Source: an uncultured Chloroflexia bacterium
GTDB lineage: Bacteria; Chloroflexota; Ktedonobacteria; Ktedonobacterales; Ktedonobacteraceae
DNA length: 64,000 bases
NCBI GenBank assembly: GCA_963744875.1
Contig: CAVUVQ010000050.1
Location: 77,330-141,329 of the forward strand
Direction: 5' to 3'
Both the position numbers and the translations under genes were made by a program. Below are positions 37,534 to 47,200 of this stretch, one piece after another. The notes under the pieces are model-generated. The model was not told the origin of the DNA, did not search any database, and saw nothing but the letters and a program-made list of their open reading frames with translations. The number at the start of each line of letters is the position of its first letter. The stretch's first letter is position 1.

Positions 37534-39921
37534 ATGGATAACGATAAACAACAGCAACCACCACAATCTCCCCAATGGGTATATAATCAAGATCAACCAC
37601 AGGCACCGCAAGCGGTGCCATTTAATGCTTATAATAACTATCCTCCACCAGAGAATAATCAACAATTCCCATCAGCGCCGTTACCTTATGACTATGATCC
37701 GAACCTGACGATGGATATGGGCAACTCCCTGAGCTATGGGCAGACCATGGACTTCCATGCCAGTAGTATGCCTCAGCCCACCCATTCCATACCTCGCATA
37801 CGTGAGAGACGCTTTAAGGAACTGCGTGAGAAACGGACGCGCAATAAACCAGTTCGCGGCTACCCGGATGTTGAAGCTCTTCAGCAACAACGTAAAGCTT
37901 CAGGCTTGCTGGCAAATGATAATACGCTCATTCCCGGTAAAAACATCATCGGCTCTTTATTTGGAAAAGGCAAGGCAAATAATCGTGGAACCAGACCAGG
38001 AACGCCAGAGAACTGGAGTGGCTCGGGAGTACATGGGATGCCAGGAGACTGGAGTGGCTCGGGAGTGCATGGAACACCTGCGGATTGGAGCAACTCGGGA
38101 GTGTATGGGATGCCAGGAGACTGGAGCGGTTCAGGGGTATATGGAGCATCAGAGACGGCAGTGGCAGAACCACATCCGCCCACACAAGGACAGGCGCATG
38201 GAACATTGGTGGCGGCGGCCACAGGGGCGCAAGATACAGGGATGATCCAACGCGTCAAGGTTGCACGCGCGGCATTCCTGATTACCAGGCGCATTTATGT
38301 TCAGCAGCGTTCTTGGACTGGTGCGCACATTCCTTTTTCCTTATGTCTTTGGGGTTAGTGGTATTTCTGACGCGTATGTACAAGCATACATTATTCCAAA
38401 TTTGCTGTATACAGTTATTGCAGGAGGTGCGCTTAGCTCGGCGTTTATTCCAGTCTTTACGCGCTATGCAGAGGGTTTGAAAGACGAGAATACTGCGTGG
38501 CATATTGCGAGTAGCGCACTGAATATTTCTGTGGTTATGATGTTGGCTTTTCTATCATTGCGATGATTCTTGCACCGATAATCGTGCCAATTTATGCTCC
38601 GGTGAGTGATGTTTTTACACCCGCTGACCAGAATTGGCATGACTCTGACACGTATCATACTGGTTCAGGCAATTGTTCTTGGTTCAGGTGTTATAGTTAG
38701 TTCTGTCCTCAATGCCAAACAGCATTTCACTCGTACCTCAATCGGTGCCGTCCTCTACAATGTGGGTCAGATTATTGGCTTTCTTCCTGGCGTCTTCCTC
38801 TCATCTCATTCACGAAGTAGCAATCCCAGCGATTTCGCCATCTATTCAGCTACGTGGGGTATTGTGCTGGCTGCTATCCTCCAGATTAGCGTACAAATCC
38901 CTGGCCTGTTCAAAGTGAAGATGCACTATACATTCTCTTTCGATTGGCGACATCCAGGAGTTAGACAGATCGGGCGGCAAATGGTGCCACGCGCTATTAA
39001 CGCTGCCATGCTCTCGTTCAGTACCGCATTGTGATCGCTTTCTCCTCTCTTTTCTAGTTGCAGTGGCAGGTGCTCAGGCGGTCGCTGGGCCTGTCAACAG
39101 AATATTTACAGGCTTTTTCTATCCTTATATTGCCCGTCTCGATCTTTGGCTCTTCTGTCTCGACAGCCGCTTTCCCAACTCTGGCAAGCTATGTAGCGCG
39201 TGAACGCTTCGACCGCGTACGTAGTATCATTATGGAAACATTACGCAGCATCCTTTTCCTCTCCATTCCCTCCTGCGTTGGCCTCATTATTCTGGCATTA
39301 CCAATCATCCAGGCGCTCCTGGAGCATGGTCGTTTTACACTAGGAAACGCTCAGCTCACAGCAGTTCCCCTGATTTTTTTTGCAGTGGGCCTACCCGGTC
39401 TGGCTGCTGTCGAGATCCTTACCCGCGCCTTCTATGCCTTGCGCGATAGTAAAACTCCTGTCGTTATCAGCATCATCCAATTTATCCTGAAGATCGCACT
39501 CAGTATCGTTTTGATCAATCTCTCAGTCTTCGGTCTGCAATGGGGTGTTGCAGCTCTGGCCTTTTCAACGTCGGTCGCCAGTTTTCTTGAGGCGGTCGTG
39601 CTGTTCATTTTGCTGTATCGGCGTATTGGTGGGTTCGATCTACGCGCCTTTGTCAGTTTTCTTGGACGTGCTCTGGTTGCTTCGCTTGGAATGGGCGTCG
39701 TGCTCTTTATTGTACGTAACATACTCGATCGCATGATTAATACAACGACCAGCCATACGCTCTCCGTGAGTGGGATTTTCCTGGCCCTCATCAAGCTACT
39801 GATCGAGCTGGGTATTGGCTCTCTGGTCTTTCTGATCATTGCCCGCCGTCTCAATATCGAAGAAATGGAGTCCGGCCCGGTACGCAAGATCCTCAATCGG
39901 TTACGCATCTCGTGGCTTTGA
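37534..39921 (+). pseudogene. murJ: Lipid II flippase MurJ (MviN family) with a roughly 250-aa low-complexity N-terminal extension; frame broken about 5 times
   Basis: Pieces in three frames read colinearly as MurJ: FMFSSVLGLVRTFLFPYVFGVSGISDAYVQAYIIPNLLYTVIAGGALSSAFIPVF; GFSIIAMILAPIIVPIYAP; LTRIILVQAIVLGSGVIVSSVLNAKQHF; VPRAINAAMLSFSTAL/DRFLLSFLVA; YLQAFSILILPVSIFGSSVSTAAFPTLA; LEHGRF; PGLAAVEILTRAFYALRDSKTPV. Frame changes lie near 38282-38300, 38540-38548, 38625-38640, 39020-39035 and 39090-39105. Confidence 0.75.
38008..38151 (+). repeat. Four tandem 36-nt (12-aa) repeats in the MurJ N-terminal extension
   Basis: ENWSGSGVHGMP / GDWSGSGVHGTP / ADWSNSGVYGMP / GDWSGSGVYGAS. Units start at 38008, 38044, 38080 and 38116. 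Confidence 0.9.
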
Positions 39922-39927
39922 TATGCC

Positions 39928-40001
39928 GCCCGATTGATCGCGCCCGCGTGTGGCATGATGAATGGTTCCACATACGCGGGCGCGATCAATCAGGCCCCTA
40001 C
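39928..40001. repeat. REP-like palindrome (GATTGATCGCGCCC type), left arm truncated
   Basis: GCCCGATTGATCGCGCCCGCGTGTGG (39928-39953) pairs with CCACATACGCGGGCGCGATCAATCAGGCCCCTAC (39968-40001). The terminal CTAC supplies the TAG stop (39998-40000) of the minus-strand kinase gene. The element starts 7 nt after the murJ stop. Confidence 0.85.
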
Positions 40002-42214
40002 ATTCCGGCGGTCATGGGCACCTGTGCCCCCACATTCTCCGCGTCCAGATCTGGTTGTTCAGCATTATTGATAACAGGCACCAGCGGCAGGTAGAGAGTA
40101 AATGCACTCCCCTGGCCTGGATTACTGACAAGCTTTAAAGTGCCTCCTAACAGGAAGCTTAACTGGTGCACAATCGAGAGGCCCAGCCCGGTGCCACCAT
40201 ATTTACGAGTTATACTACTATCGCCCTGATAGAACGCATCAAAAATGTGTTCCTGAACTTCTGGCGCAATTCCAATGCCAGTATCTTTCACCGTCAGGGC
40301 AATGCACTTCTCTTCATTATCTGGGAGGAACGCATGCGTCACTTCCACACAAACCTCCCCTTGCTCTGTGAACTTGATGGCATTGGAGAGTAAGTTGAGC
40401 AAAATCTGGTGGAGCTTGTCTGGATCGCTCTCGATCTCGTCGATACCCTGGGCAAAGTGAGTCAGCAGAGATACCTTTTTTTCGCTTGCCAGAGGACGAA
40501 TTTCTTCAATAATATCCGAGATGAGCGTAGACAACTGCACCGTACAGATATTCACGTTCATACGTCCAGCTTCAATCTTGAGTAGATCCAGCGTATCATT
40601 GATCAGGCTCAGCAGATGATTGCCGTTTTTGATGATGCGCCCGATGTTGTCCCGGTTGCGTTGCTCGTTGTGCGGCCTACATTCCAGATCGCGCAAGATA
40701 ATCTGGCTGAACCCTAGAATGGCTGTTAAGGGAGTGCGCAGTTCGTGCGTCATCGTTGACAGAAATTGGGTACGGGCTTTATTAGCTTCTTCAAGCGTTC
40801 CATTGAGCATACGGAGTTCGTTCCGCTGAATGCGCAAAGAAACGTTCATCTGCTCCTGCTCACGATTTTTAGCAATCAGTTCCTCGGCCTGAGCTTGAAT
40901 ATGTTCATAAGCTTTCGTATGACTGATGACAGTGGAGAGATTGCTGGAGACGACCGTGAGAATGTTGCGTGCCTGTTCAGTCATTGAATAAAGCGAACCA
41001 AACACCATGACGCCCAACAGGTCTTTCCCCTGAATCAATGGCAGATGGTACATACTGCCAGGTAAAACTTTCCCCAGCACTGTTTTAGCGATGAAATTGC
41101 CCGCTTCACTCGGTACAGGAGCGCGTATATAGAAAGGTGAACGCTTCAATGCCGTGCTACCAATCATACCTTCACCCATCGCAAACTCCTGCGTCAGTTC
41201 CGCAAAGTCAAAGCCCTGCGCACCCACCAGTACCAGGCGCTCTTTACGCACATCATACAGGTACAGAGCCGCAAGTTGCAGATGAAGCAAGGTCAACGCC
41301 TTATCCAGAAAAGTGGTGACCAATGTATCAAAATCAAGGGTGCTGGTGAGCAATGTGTTGAGCTGGAGTACGCTCTCCATAACATCACGATCTTTTTGCG
41401 CCGCACTTTGCTGCTGTAAAGCCGTTGCCATCGCATTAAAGGTTTTACCCAATTGGGAGAGTTCCAGGCTCTCTAACTCAGGAACACGGATAGCAAAATT
41501 GCCTTCCCCTAAACTATTGGAAGTATCCTCCAGAATGGCTAGCTGACGATAAAGCGCATCGGCAAAACGGATAAACATGCGCCAGAGAAGTAGAATAACA
41601 AGGAGTGAGAGGAGGAGTGAGATACTGGTAGCAACTAAGTTGAGCGCATCCATCCAGCTTTGTTGCTGCTCCACATCAAGACGAGATGCATCTTGTAAAT
41701 GGGCTGCCACCAGACGATAGTGATCAAAAAGCAATTTTCCTTGCTGGATAGTGCTTTCGGTCAGCACAAGCGTTCTCCGCCCATTGCGCATATTCGCTAG
41801 CTGAACCTGCGCATAATTTTCGTACCACGTATCAGCCTGAACCTCTACCTCCGGCAAAGCTGCCCGTGTATTACTAAAGTTATGCGTGTCAAGCAGTTCA
41901 TGCACTTGACCCAACATGGTTAGATACGTCTCATGACCACGATAAAATGGTTCGAGGAAAATCGTATTAGCGGTCGCGATATAACCACGTATCCCTGTTT
42001 CTTGATCGATCATCGCGCTCTGGAGGCCATTAATATCGTCACGTAATGTCAGGCTGTCGATGCTTGCGTTATGTTGTAGAGCAGAGGTAAGAATACTCGC
42101 GCTAAGATGGATTATCAGAACAACGAGCAAAAGCCCCATGTTGAAGAAGAGACGCGTGCGTATCTGCGTCACTAAGCTGCCGCGCTTTTCATGTGTAGAA
42201 AAGAGATGTTCCAT
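39998..42214 (-). CDS. Sensor histidine kinase with CHASE3-HAMP-GAF-HisKA-HATPase_c architecture
   Basis: GAGGGAGA precedes ATG 42214. One TM helix is followed by the CHASE3-like ETGIRGYIATANTIFLEPFYRG, a second TM helix, HAMP (ALYRQLAILEDTSNSLGEGNFAIRVPE), GAF, the H-box MTHELRTPLTAILG, the N-box LLSNAIKFT, and the G-boxes DTGIGI and GGTGLGLSIV. Confidence 0.88.
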   Translation of the reverse strand: MEHLFSTHEKRGSLVTQIRTRLFFNMGLLLVVLIIHLSASILTSALQHNASIDSLTLRDDINGLQSAMIDQETGIRGYIATANTIFLEPFYRGHETYLTMLGQVHELLDTHNFSNTRAALPEVEVQADTWYENYAQVQLANMRNGRRTLVLTESTIQQGKLLFDHYRLVAAHLQDASRLDVEQQQSWMDALNLVATSISLLLSLLVILLLWRMFIRFADALYRQLAILEDTSNSLGEGNFAIRVPELESLELSQLGKTFNAMATALQQQSAAQKDRDVMESVLQLNTLLTSTLDFDTLVTTFLDKALTLLHLQLAALYLYDVRKERLVLVGAQGFDFAELTQEFAMGEGMIGSTALKRSPFYIRAPVPSEAGNFIAKTVLGKVLPGSMYHLPLIQGKDLLGVMVFGSLYSMTEQARNILTVVSSNLSTVISHTKAYEHIQAQAEELIAKNREQEQMNVSLRIQRNELRMLNGTLEEANKARTQFLSTMTHELRTPLTAILGFSQIILRDLECRPHNEQRNRDNIGRIIKNGNHLLSLINDTLDLLKIEAGRMNVNICTVQLSTLISDIIEEIRPLASEKKVSLLTHFAQGIDEIESDPDKLHQILLNLLSNAIKFTEQGEVCVEVTHAFLPDNEEKCIALTVKDTGIGIAPEVQEHIFDAFYQGDSSITRKYGGTGLGLSIVHQLSFLLGGTLKLVSNPGQGSAFTLYLPLVPVINNAEQPDLDAENVGAQVPMTAGM

Positions 42215-42364
42215 AGATATTCTCCCTCGGTTGCTCTCTCCAACAAGCAACTAGATGTACCATAAAAAGTATACGCCTGCCACAAAAAGCTGAGGTTTTC
42301 GTGGCGACTATACTGAAAACAGGAAAAGGGAAAAAGGTAGTTTTCTAGTAAGGAGCTGTGTTCT

Positions 42365-42871
42365 ATGACACTTTTTTATCCTGAAGGGACTGCAGTTCAG
42401 GTATTGGATCCCACTAAGGAGACAGAACCCTCTGTACAAGAAGCTATGAGTGGACATGGGCAGCAGGAAAAAACAATTCTGATCGTTGAAGATGATGAAG
42501 ATCTGGGCGCACTGATTCTAGAAGCATTGCAGCAGGAGAGCTTCTATACGGGTATCCACTACCGCACACTGCTGGCTATTGATGGTATGGAAGCGCTAGG
42601 GATCATCGAGGATACGTTTCCCGATCTCTTTCTACTCGATTACTACCTCCCGCGCATCAATGGGCTGGATCTCTATGATCGCATGCATGCAATAGAGACG
42701 CTCTCCCAGGTGCCAACGATCTTCATGAGTGCCAACCCCCCATTCAAGGAACTCCGTAAGCGCAACCTGCTCAGTATTCGTAAACCGTTTAATTTGCGGG
42801 AGCTACTGGATACGATTGAGCGGGCATTGGCCGAACACCACATGCCCTTACCCGGCATAACCGATCAATAG
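42365..42871 (+). CDS. Single-domain response regulator (receiver)
   Basis: KTILIVEDDEDLG ... DLFLLDYYLPRINGLDLY ... PTIFMSA ... KPF. The conserved DD, D and K positions are present and there is no output domain. Confidence 0.85.
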   Translation: MTLFYPEGTAVQVLDPTKETEPSVQEAMSGHGQQEKTILIVEDDEDLGALILEALQQESFYTGIHYRTLLAIDGMEALGIIEDTFPDLFLLDYYLPRINGLDLYDRMHAIETLSQVPTIFMSANPPFKELRKRNLLSIRKPFNLRELLDTIERALAEHHMPLPGITDQ

Positions 42872-42961
42872 CCTACTACTCTGGCAAACATCATTGCACT
42901 CCTATTTGGAAGACTAATTGAGGGACCATCGCGTCTCTCCTGGTAGGGGCGTGTGCTTGCC

Positions 42962-43174
42962 CATTGACTCCAACTCTTTCGGAAAAAAATGACGCAAGCA
43001 CGACAGAATGCCTGCAATGCGCGGAAAACGGTAGGGACCCGATTGCATCGCGTCCGCCATTCATGGAATCGTGGCCCACGGGTGATCAATCACGGACGCG
43101 ATGCAATCGGGTCCCTACCGTTTTTCATGCTTTTCTGTGTTTTAGGCGCATCTTTCAATTTGTTGGAGTCAATG
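42962..43174. mobile_element. 213-bp MITE-like non-autonomous element: 13-bp perfect terminal inverted repeats and 9-bp target-site duplication, inserted into the arm of another palindrome
   Basis: TIRs are CATTGACTCCAAC (42962-42974) and GTTGGAGTCAATG (43162-43174). The flanking direct repeat is GTGCTTGCC (42953-42961 and 43175-43183). Removing the element plus one repeat copy restores a left arm GGTAGGGGCGTGTGCTTGCCACCGCCCGC that is exactly complementary to 43222-43250. The element has no coding capacity. Confidence 0.7.
43029..43120. repeat. REP-like hairpin, family A copy 1 (28-bp perfect arms, 36-nt loop)
   Basis: CGGTAGGGACCCGATTGCATCGCGTCCG (43029-43056) and its exact complement (43093-43120). 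It is flanked by AAAA on the left and TTTTT on the right. Confidence 0.9.
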
Positions 43175-43285
43175 GTGCTTGCCACCGCCCGCGTGCCAGA
43201 AAAGCATCGTGTATCGGCTCTGCGGGCGGTGGCAAGCACACGCCCCTACCCAGCCCTGAAAAGCGCAATGACCTTTGCCAGAGCA

Positions 43286-44206
43286 CTACGTGGGCAATGA
43301 TGGACGCGTATCAAGTGCATGCTGAATGATACGCTTTGTCGTCTCAAGCTCTGCACCTGCCAGCTCCAGGCGCGGAGCACGCACACGGGCACTACCCACC
43401 CCGGCCATCTCCTGGGCGAGCTTAATATATTGTACAAACTTTGGACCCGTATCCAGACGTAACAGAGGCAGAAACCAGTTGTAGAGCGCATCGATGCTGG
43501 CGGCATCTTTTTCTCCCTTGCGCACCTGCATGGCAAGTTCAAATAATGCAACCGCTTCCCTGGGAAAGACGTTCGCGAGGCCAGCCACCCACCCAACTGC
43601 ACCAGCCTGGATGCTCTCCACAATGCAATCATCAACTCCGGCGAGCAATGCAAGATGATCCTGTAGCAACGCACGGAGCGCGGTAATACGCCGCACATCG
43701 GCACTGGATTCTTTGACGGCCTCAAGGTTCGCGTTCTCATGTGCCAGTTCGGCAATCTGCTCTGGCAAGAAATCTGTTGTATACGCTGGTGGATTATTGT
43801 AAAGCATCGTGGGAAGGGCTGTGGAGGCGATGACGGTTGCTACATGTGCTTTCATCTCACGCCAATCGGTGGAGTAGACATAGGGCGGCAGAACCATCAG
43901 GCCACTGCATCCCGCCGCTTGAGCGGTATACGCCAGGCGGACGGCTTCGGCGGTTGAAAGTGCTGCAACGCCGCAAAGCACTGGCACTCGATCTCCCACC
44001 GCACGCACAGCCGTTTCCAGCAATGCAACCTTCTCCTGAAAACTCAGAGTTGCACTTTCACCTAGCGACCCCGGCGTGATCAGCCCGACGCAGCCCGCAT
44101 CGACTAACAAACGGCAATGATCGGCGAAAAACCCGTGATCAATGCTGTAATCCTGGTGAAAACGGGTTGTGATGGCAGGAATAACGCCTCTCCAGGTAAC
44201 TTTCAT
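43286..44206 (-). CDS. Dihydrodipicolinate synthase/N-acetylneuraminate lyase family (DapA-like class I aldolase)
   Basis: GVIPAITTRF......D...F..H...L...G..G....GSLGE..TLS..EK plus the later MLYNNP and K (VAVKES) are typical of the DHDPS family. ATG 44206 has GGAG 6 nt upstream; ATG 44212 is an alternative start. Confidence 0.8.
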   Translation of the reverse strand: MKVTWRGVIPAITTRFHQDYSIDHGFFADHCRLLVDAGCVGLITPGSLGESATLSFQEKVALLETAVRAVGDRVPVLCGVAALSTAEAVRLAYTAQAAGCSGLMVLPPYVYSTDWREMKAHVATVIASTALPTMLYNNPPAYTTDFLPEQIAELAHENANLEAVKESSADVRRITALRALLQDHLALLAGVDDCIVESIQAGAVGWVAGLANVFPREAVALFELAMQVRKGEKDAASIDALYNWFLPLLRLDTGPKFVQYIKLAQEMAGVGSARVRAPRLELAGAELETTKRIIQHALDTRPSLPT

Positions 44207-44243
44207 TGTCATCTCCAAAGGCTCTATGAACTTTGACAAAACA

Positions 44244-47200
44244 CTACATTTGGGATTCCAACGGCAACGCAAAGAAAAAGGTGCTCCCCTGACCAGGTTT
44301 ACTTTCCAGCCACATGCGACCCCCGTGCTGCTTCACGATGTTATGAGAGATATAAAGGCCCAGACCCAGACCATCAACTGACCCTTGCATATCGGCATGC
44401 ACACGGTAAAAACGTTCAAAGAGGTGCACCTGGTCTTCCGCCTCAATACCATCCCCCTCATCACACACTGCTACAACAACTTCGTTGCTGGCAGGTCGTC
44501 GTTCTACCGTTACCTCAATGGGGCTTCCAGCAGGGCTATACTTGTCAGCATTGCTCAGCAGGTTATTCAAAACCTGTTCTATGCGATCCTTATCCGCAGT
44601 TATCAGAATGGCTTCTTCACCAATTTGCACAGAGACAGGATGCTTTTGCAATGCTTGCTGATCAACAACGCTACGAACCAACTCCACTAAATCAACATTT
44701 TCCTGCTTATGCAACTCGAAGATTTCCCCCTGGAGACGAGTGACATCCAGCATGTCAGTGACAAGACTATTCATATTGCTAAGTTGGTGGAGAATACGCT
44801 CGATCTGGGTAAGGCTCTGGTCGAGATGCTGCTCACGCGTCTGGGCCTGACCAAGAGAAGTGGTATGCCTTATTAAAGTTCGCTGCAAAAGCTGGGTATT
44901 TGCCTGAATAGTAGTTAGAGGAGAACGTAACTCATGCGCTACTAATGAAAGAAAATCATCTCTCATCAGTTCAATCTGTTCGAGGTTTTTGCGTGCACTT
45001 ACCTGCTCCGTGATCTCCACAGCAGAAACGAGCATGTAGCGCACAGCATCCAATTCTGTATCGATAATGGCGGTGAGGTTATAATCCCAGACCGTTGCAG
45101 ATCCATCTCCCGCAAACGAAAGGGTAAGCTCCGGAATACGGAACGTAGCACGATCCTCGACCACTCTTTTCCAGGTCAGTATAGGATCTTCGTCGGGCAG
45201 CAGTAATGGCATCTCCTGCCAGGTATGACCTGGGACGCTATCTGGAGCTGCTTGATGCGCCTGGGCAACCAGTTCAAGATAACGCGGACTTCCCATCAGT
45301 AATGCCTCAGTCCGCCCATCATAAAGAGCCAATGCCACGGTTCGCGTATTAGCAAAGACCGTTTTGAGCTGGGCGAGTTCCTCCTGGAGTTCCTGCGCAT
45401 GCTGCTCCGTCTCATCTGACGCGTAGATGATCACGCCATCCACGCGGCCTGAAGCGTTATGAGAAGGGACAAGCGTATACGAAAAATAGCCTTCCTTTTG
45501 CTCATCTGATACCTTACTTTGTGTCCCAGGTATAATAGTACGAATACGCGATAACGTTTTTGGCAATTCTTTCACGTAAACTTCACGCGCAAGGTGCATT
45601 AAAGCAAAACCTGCCTTCGGTTCCCAGAACAGATTGATCACGTCCTCTAACGCGTGCCCCTGGACACTCGCTTCTTCCAATAAACGCGCATAGCGCGGAT
45701 TGTATGCTTCGACCACCAGAGCAGGACCACGCAAAACAAGAATATAAAATGGTGCGAACTCCACCATCTCGGAGAGGCGTACATGCTCATTCTCCAGGGA
45801 GGTCGTCAGTTCTTGCAGTTCACTGGTGCGAGCACGTAGTTCATCGTTGGTCGTCTCTAACTCCTCATTGGTGGCCTGCAACTCCTCGTTATTTGTTTCC
45901 AGCTCCTCGTTGGTCGCTTGCAACTCCTCGTTGGTCGTTTCAAACTCCTCAATACTTGCCTGTAACTCCTCGTGTGTTAACATGAGTTCCTCGTTGGCAA
46001 CTTGCAACTCTTCGTTGGCATCCATAAGCTCTTTATTCATATCGCTCAGGCGTTTGTTAGCTGTACTCAGCTCTTGCATCAACTGCAACTGTTCACTGTG
46101 GACACTCTCCAATTGGCGACGGATATGGACCTGATCAGTTACATCGCTGATACTGATCGCTGCAAGATCCGGTAAACTGGCATCCAGTTGCATTACGGCG
46201 ATAGAGAGACTCACAAAGCGTCCATTGCCACCCGCGGATACTTCAAGTTCTACTTCTGGCAAAGTAATAGAATTGCGCTCACGGAAAACCGTATCGATAG
46301 CCGCACGCGTCCCATGATAAGGAATACCATGCACCGTGTGCAAAAAATCCTGATCTATAGCAACATCACGTAGACCAAGCAAACGACGAGCAGAATTGTT
46401 GGCAGTCAAGATATGGTAGGTACGATCGATAATTATGACACCAAGAGGAAGAAAACGCAGCAGAAGCTCGTTGAAACGACGCAGTTGCCCCAACTCCAAC
46501 GAGAGAGATAACGGCTCCTGCTGATCCGCATGTGTTCTTCCTGATGATCGCAGTGAGCGATCCATAACGTTCCTCTCCTGCGAAGGTGCTTTTTTCTCCG
46601 AAAGACTACGTTGATTGGCTGAAGGAAGCGCATTACCAATACAGCGATATATTTTCCAGAGCTTATTCTCCAGCATGTAAAATAACTGCGCAGGGCGTAC
46701 CGTTTCCGCTTTCCCTAGAAAGAGAAATCCATTGGGATTGAGAGAAAAGGCAAACTGATTGAGCACATAATCCTGTAGTTCGGCTGTAAAATAGATCAAA
46801 ACATTGCGGCAGAGCACCAGGTCTATATGCGGAAAAGGGGCACTATGGCTAAGATCTTGCCGTCCAAATATGACCATTTGCCGCAGCGTTTTTGAAATGC
46901 GATAGCCATGATCGACCCGTTCAAAGAACCGCTCCTGATAATCACGTGGCACTCCTTTGAGCAGATTCTCGGAATAGATCCCACGCCGGGCGAAGGTAAT
47001 TGCAGCTTCATCTAGATCTGTTGCAAAGATCTTGATACTCCATTCGGGCAGTTCCACACTCAGAAGATCTGTGAGCAGCATTGCAAGTGAATAAGGTTCT
47101 TCCCCTGTTGCACAGCCTGCCGTCCAGAAGCGCAAGACGTGATCACGCTGGCGGCCATCCGCAATTAAAGCAGGCAAAATATCACTTCTAAGATAGGCAA

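Larger units (their letters stand above)
42872..43290. repeat. Nested palindromic repeat cluster filling the whole intergenic space between convergent genes
   Basis: The outer imperfect IR matches 22 of 28 positions (42872-42899 versus 43263-43290). The middle hairpin is GGTAGGGGCGTGTGCTTGCC[insert]ACCGCCCGC-loop-GCGGGCGGTGGCAAGCACACGCCCCTACC (42942-43250). The inner element is 42962-43174, which carries the hairpin at 43029-43120. Confidence 0.85.

Noticed and set aside
42865-43329. Several 60-120-aa ORFs (e.g. 42964-43329, 42989-43300, 42865-43089) across the nested palindromes, plus similar small ORFs over other REP-like elements
   Set aside because: They are translations of palindromic repeat DNA (recurrent strings such as GRDAIGSLPF or RTRCNRVPTVF). 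They have no RBS and overlap each other on both strands.
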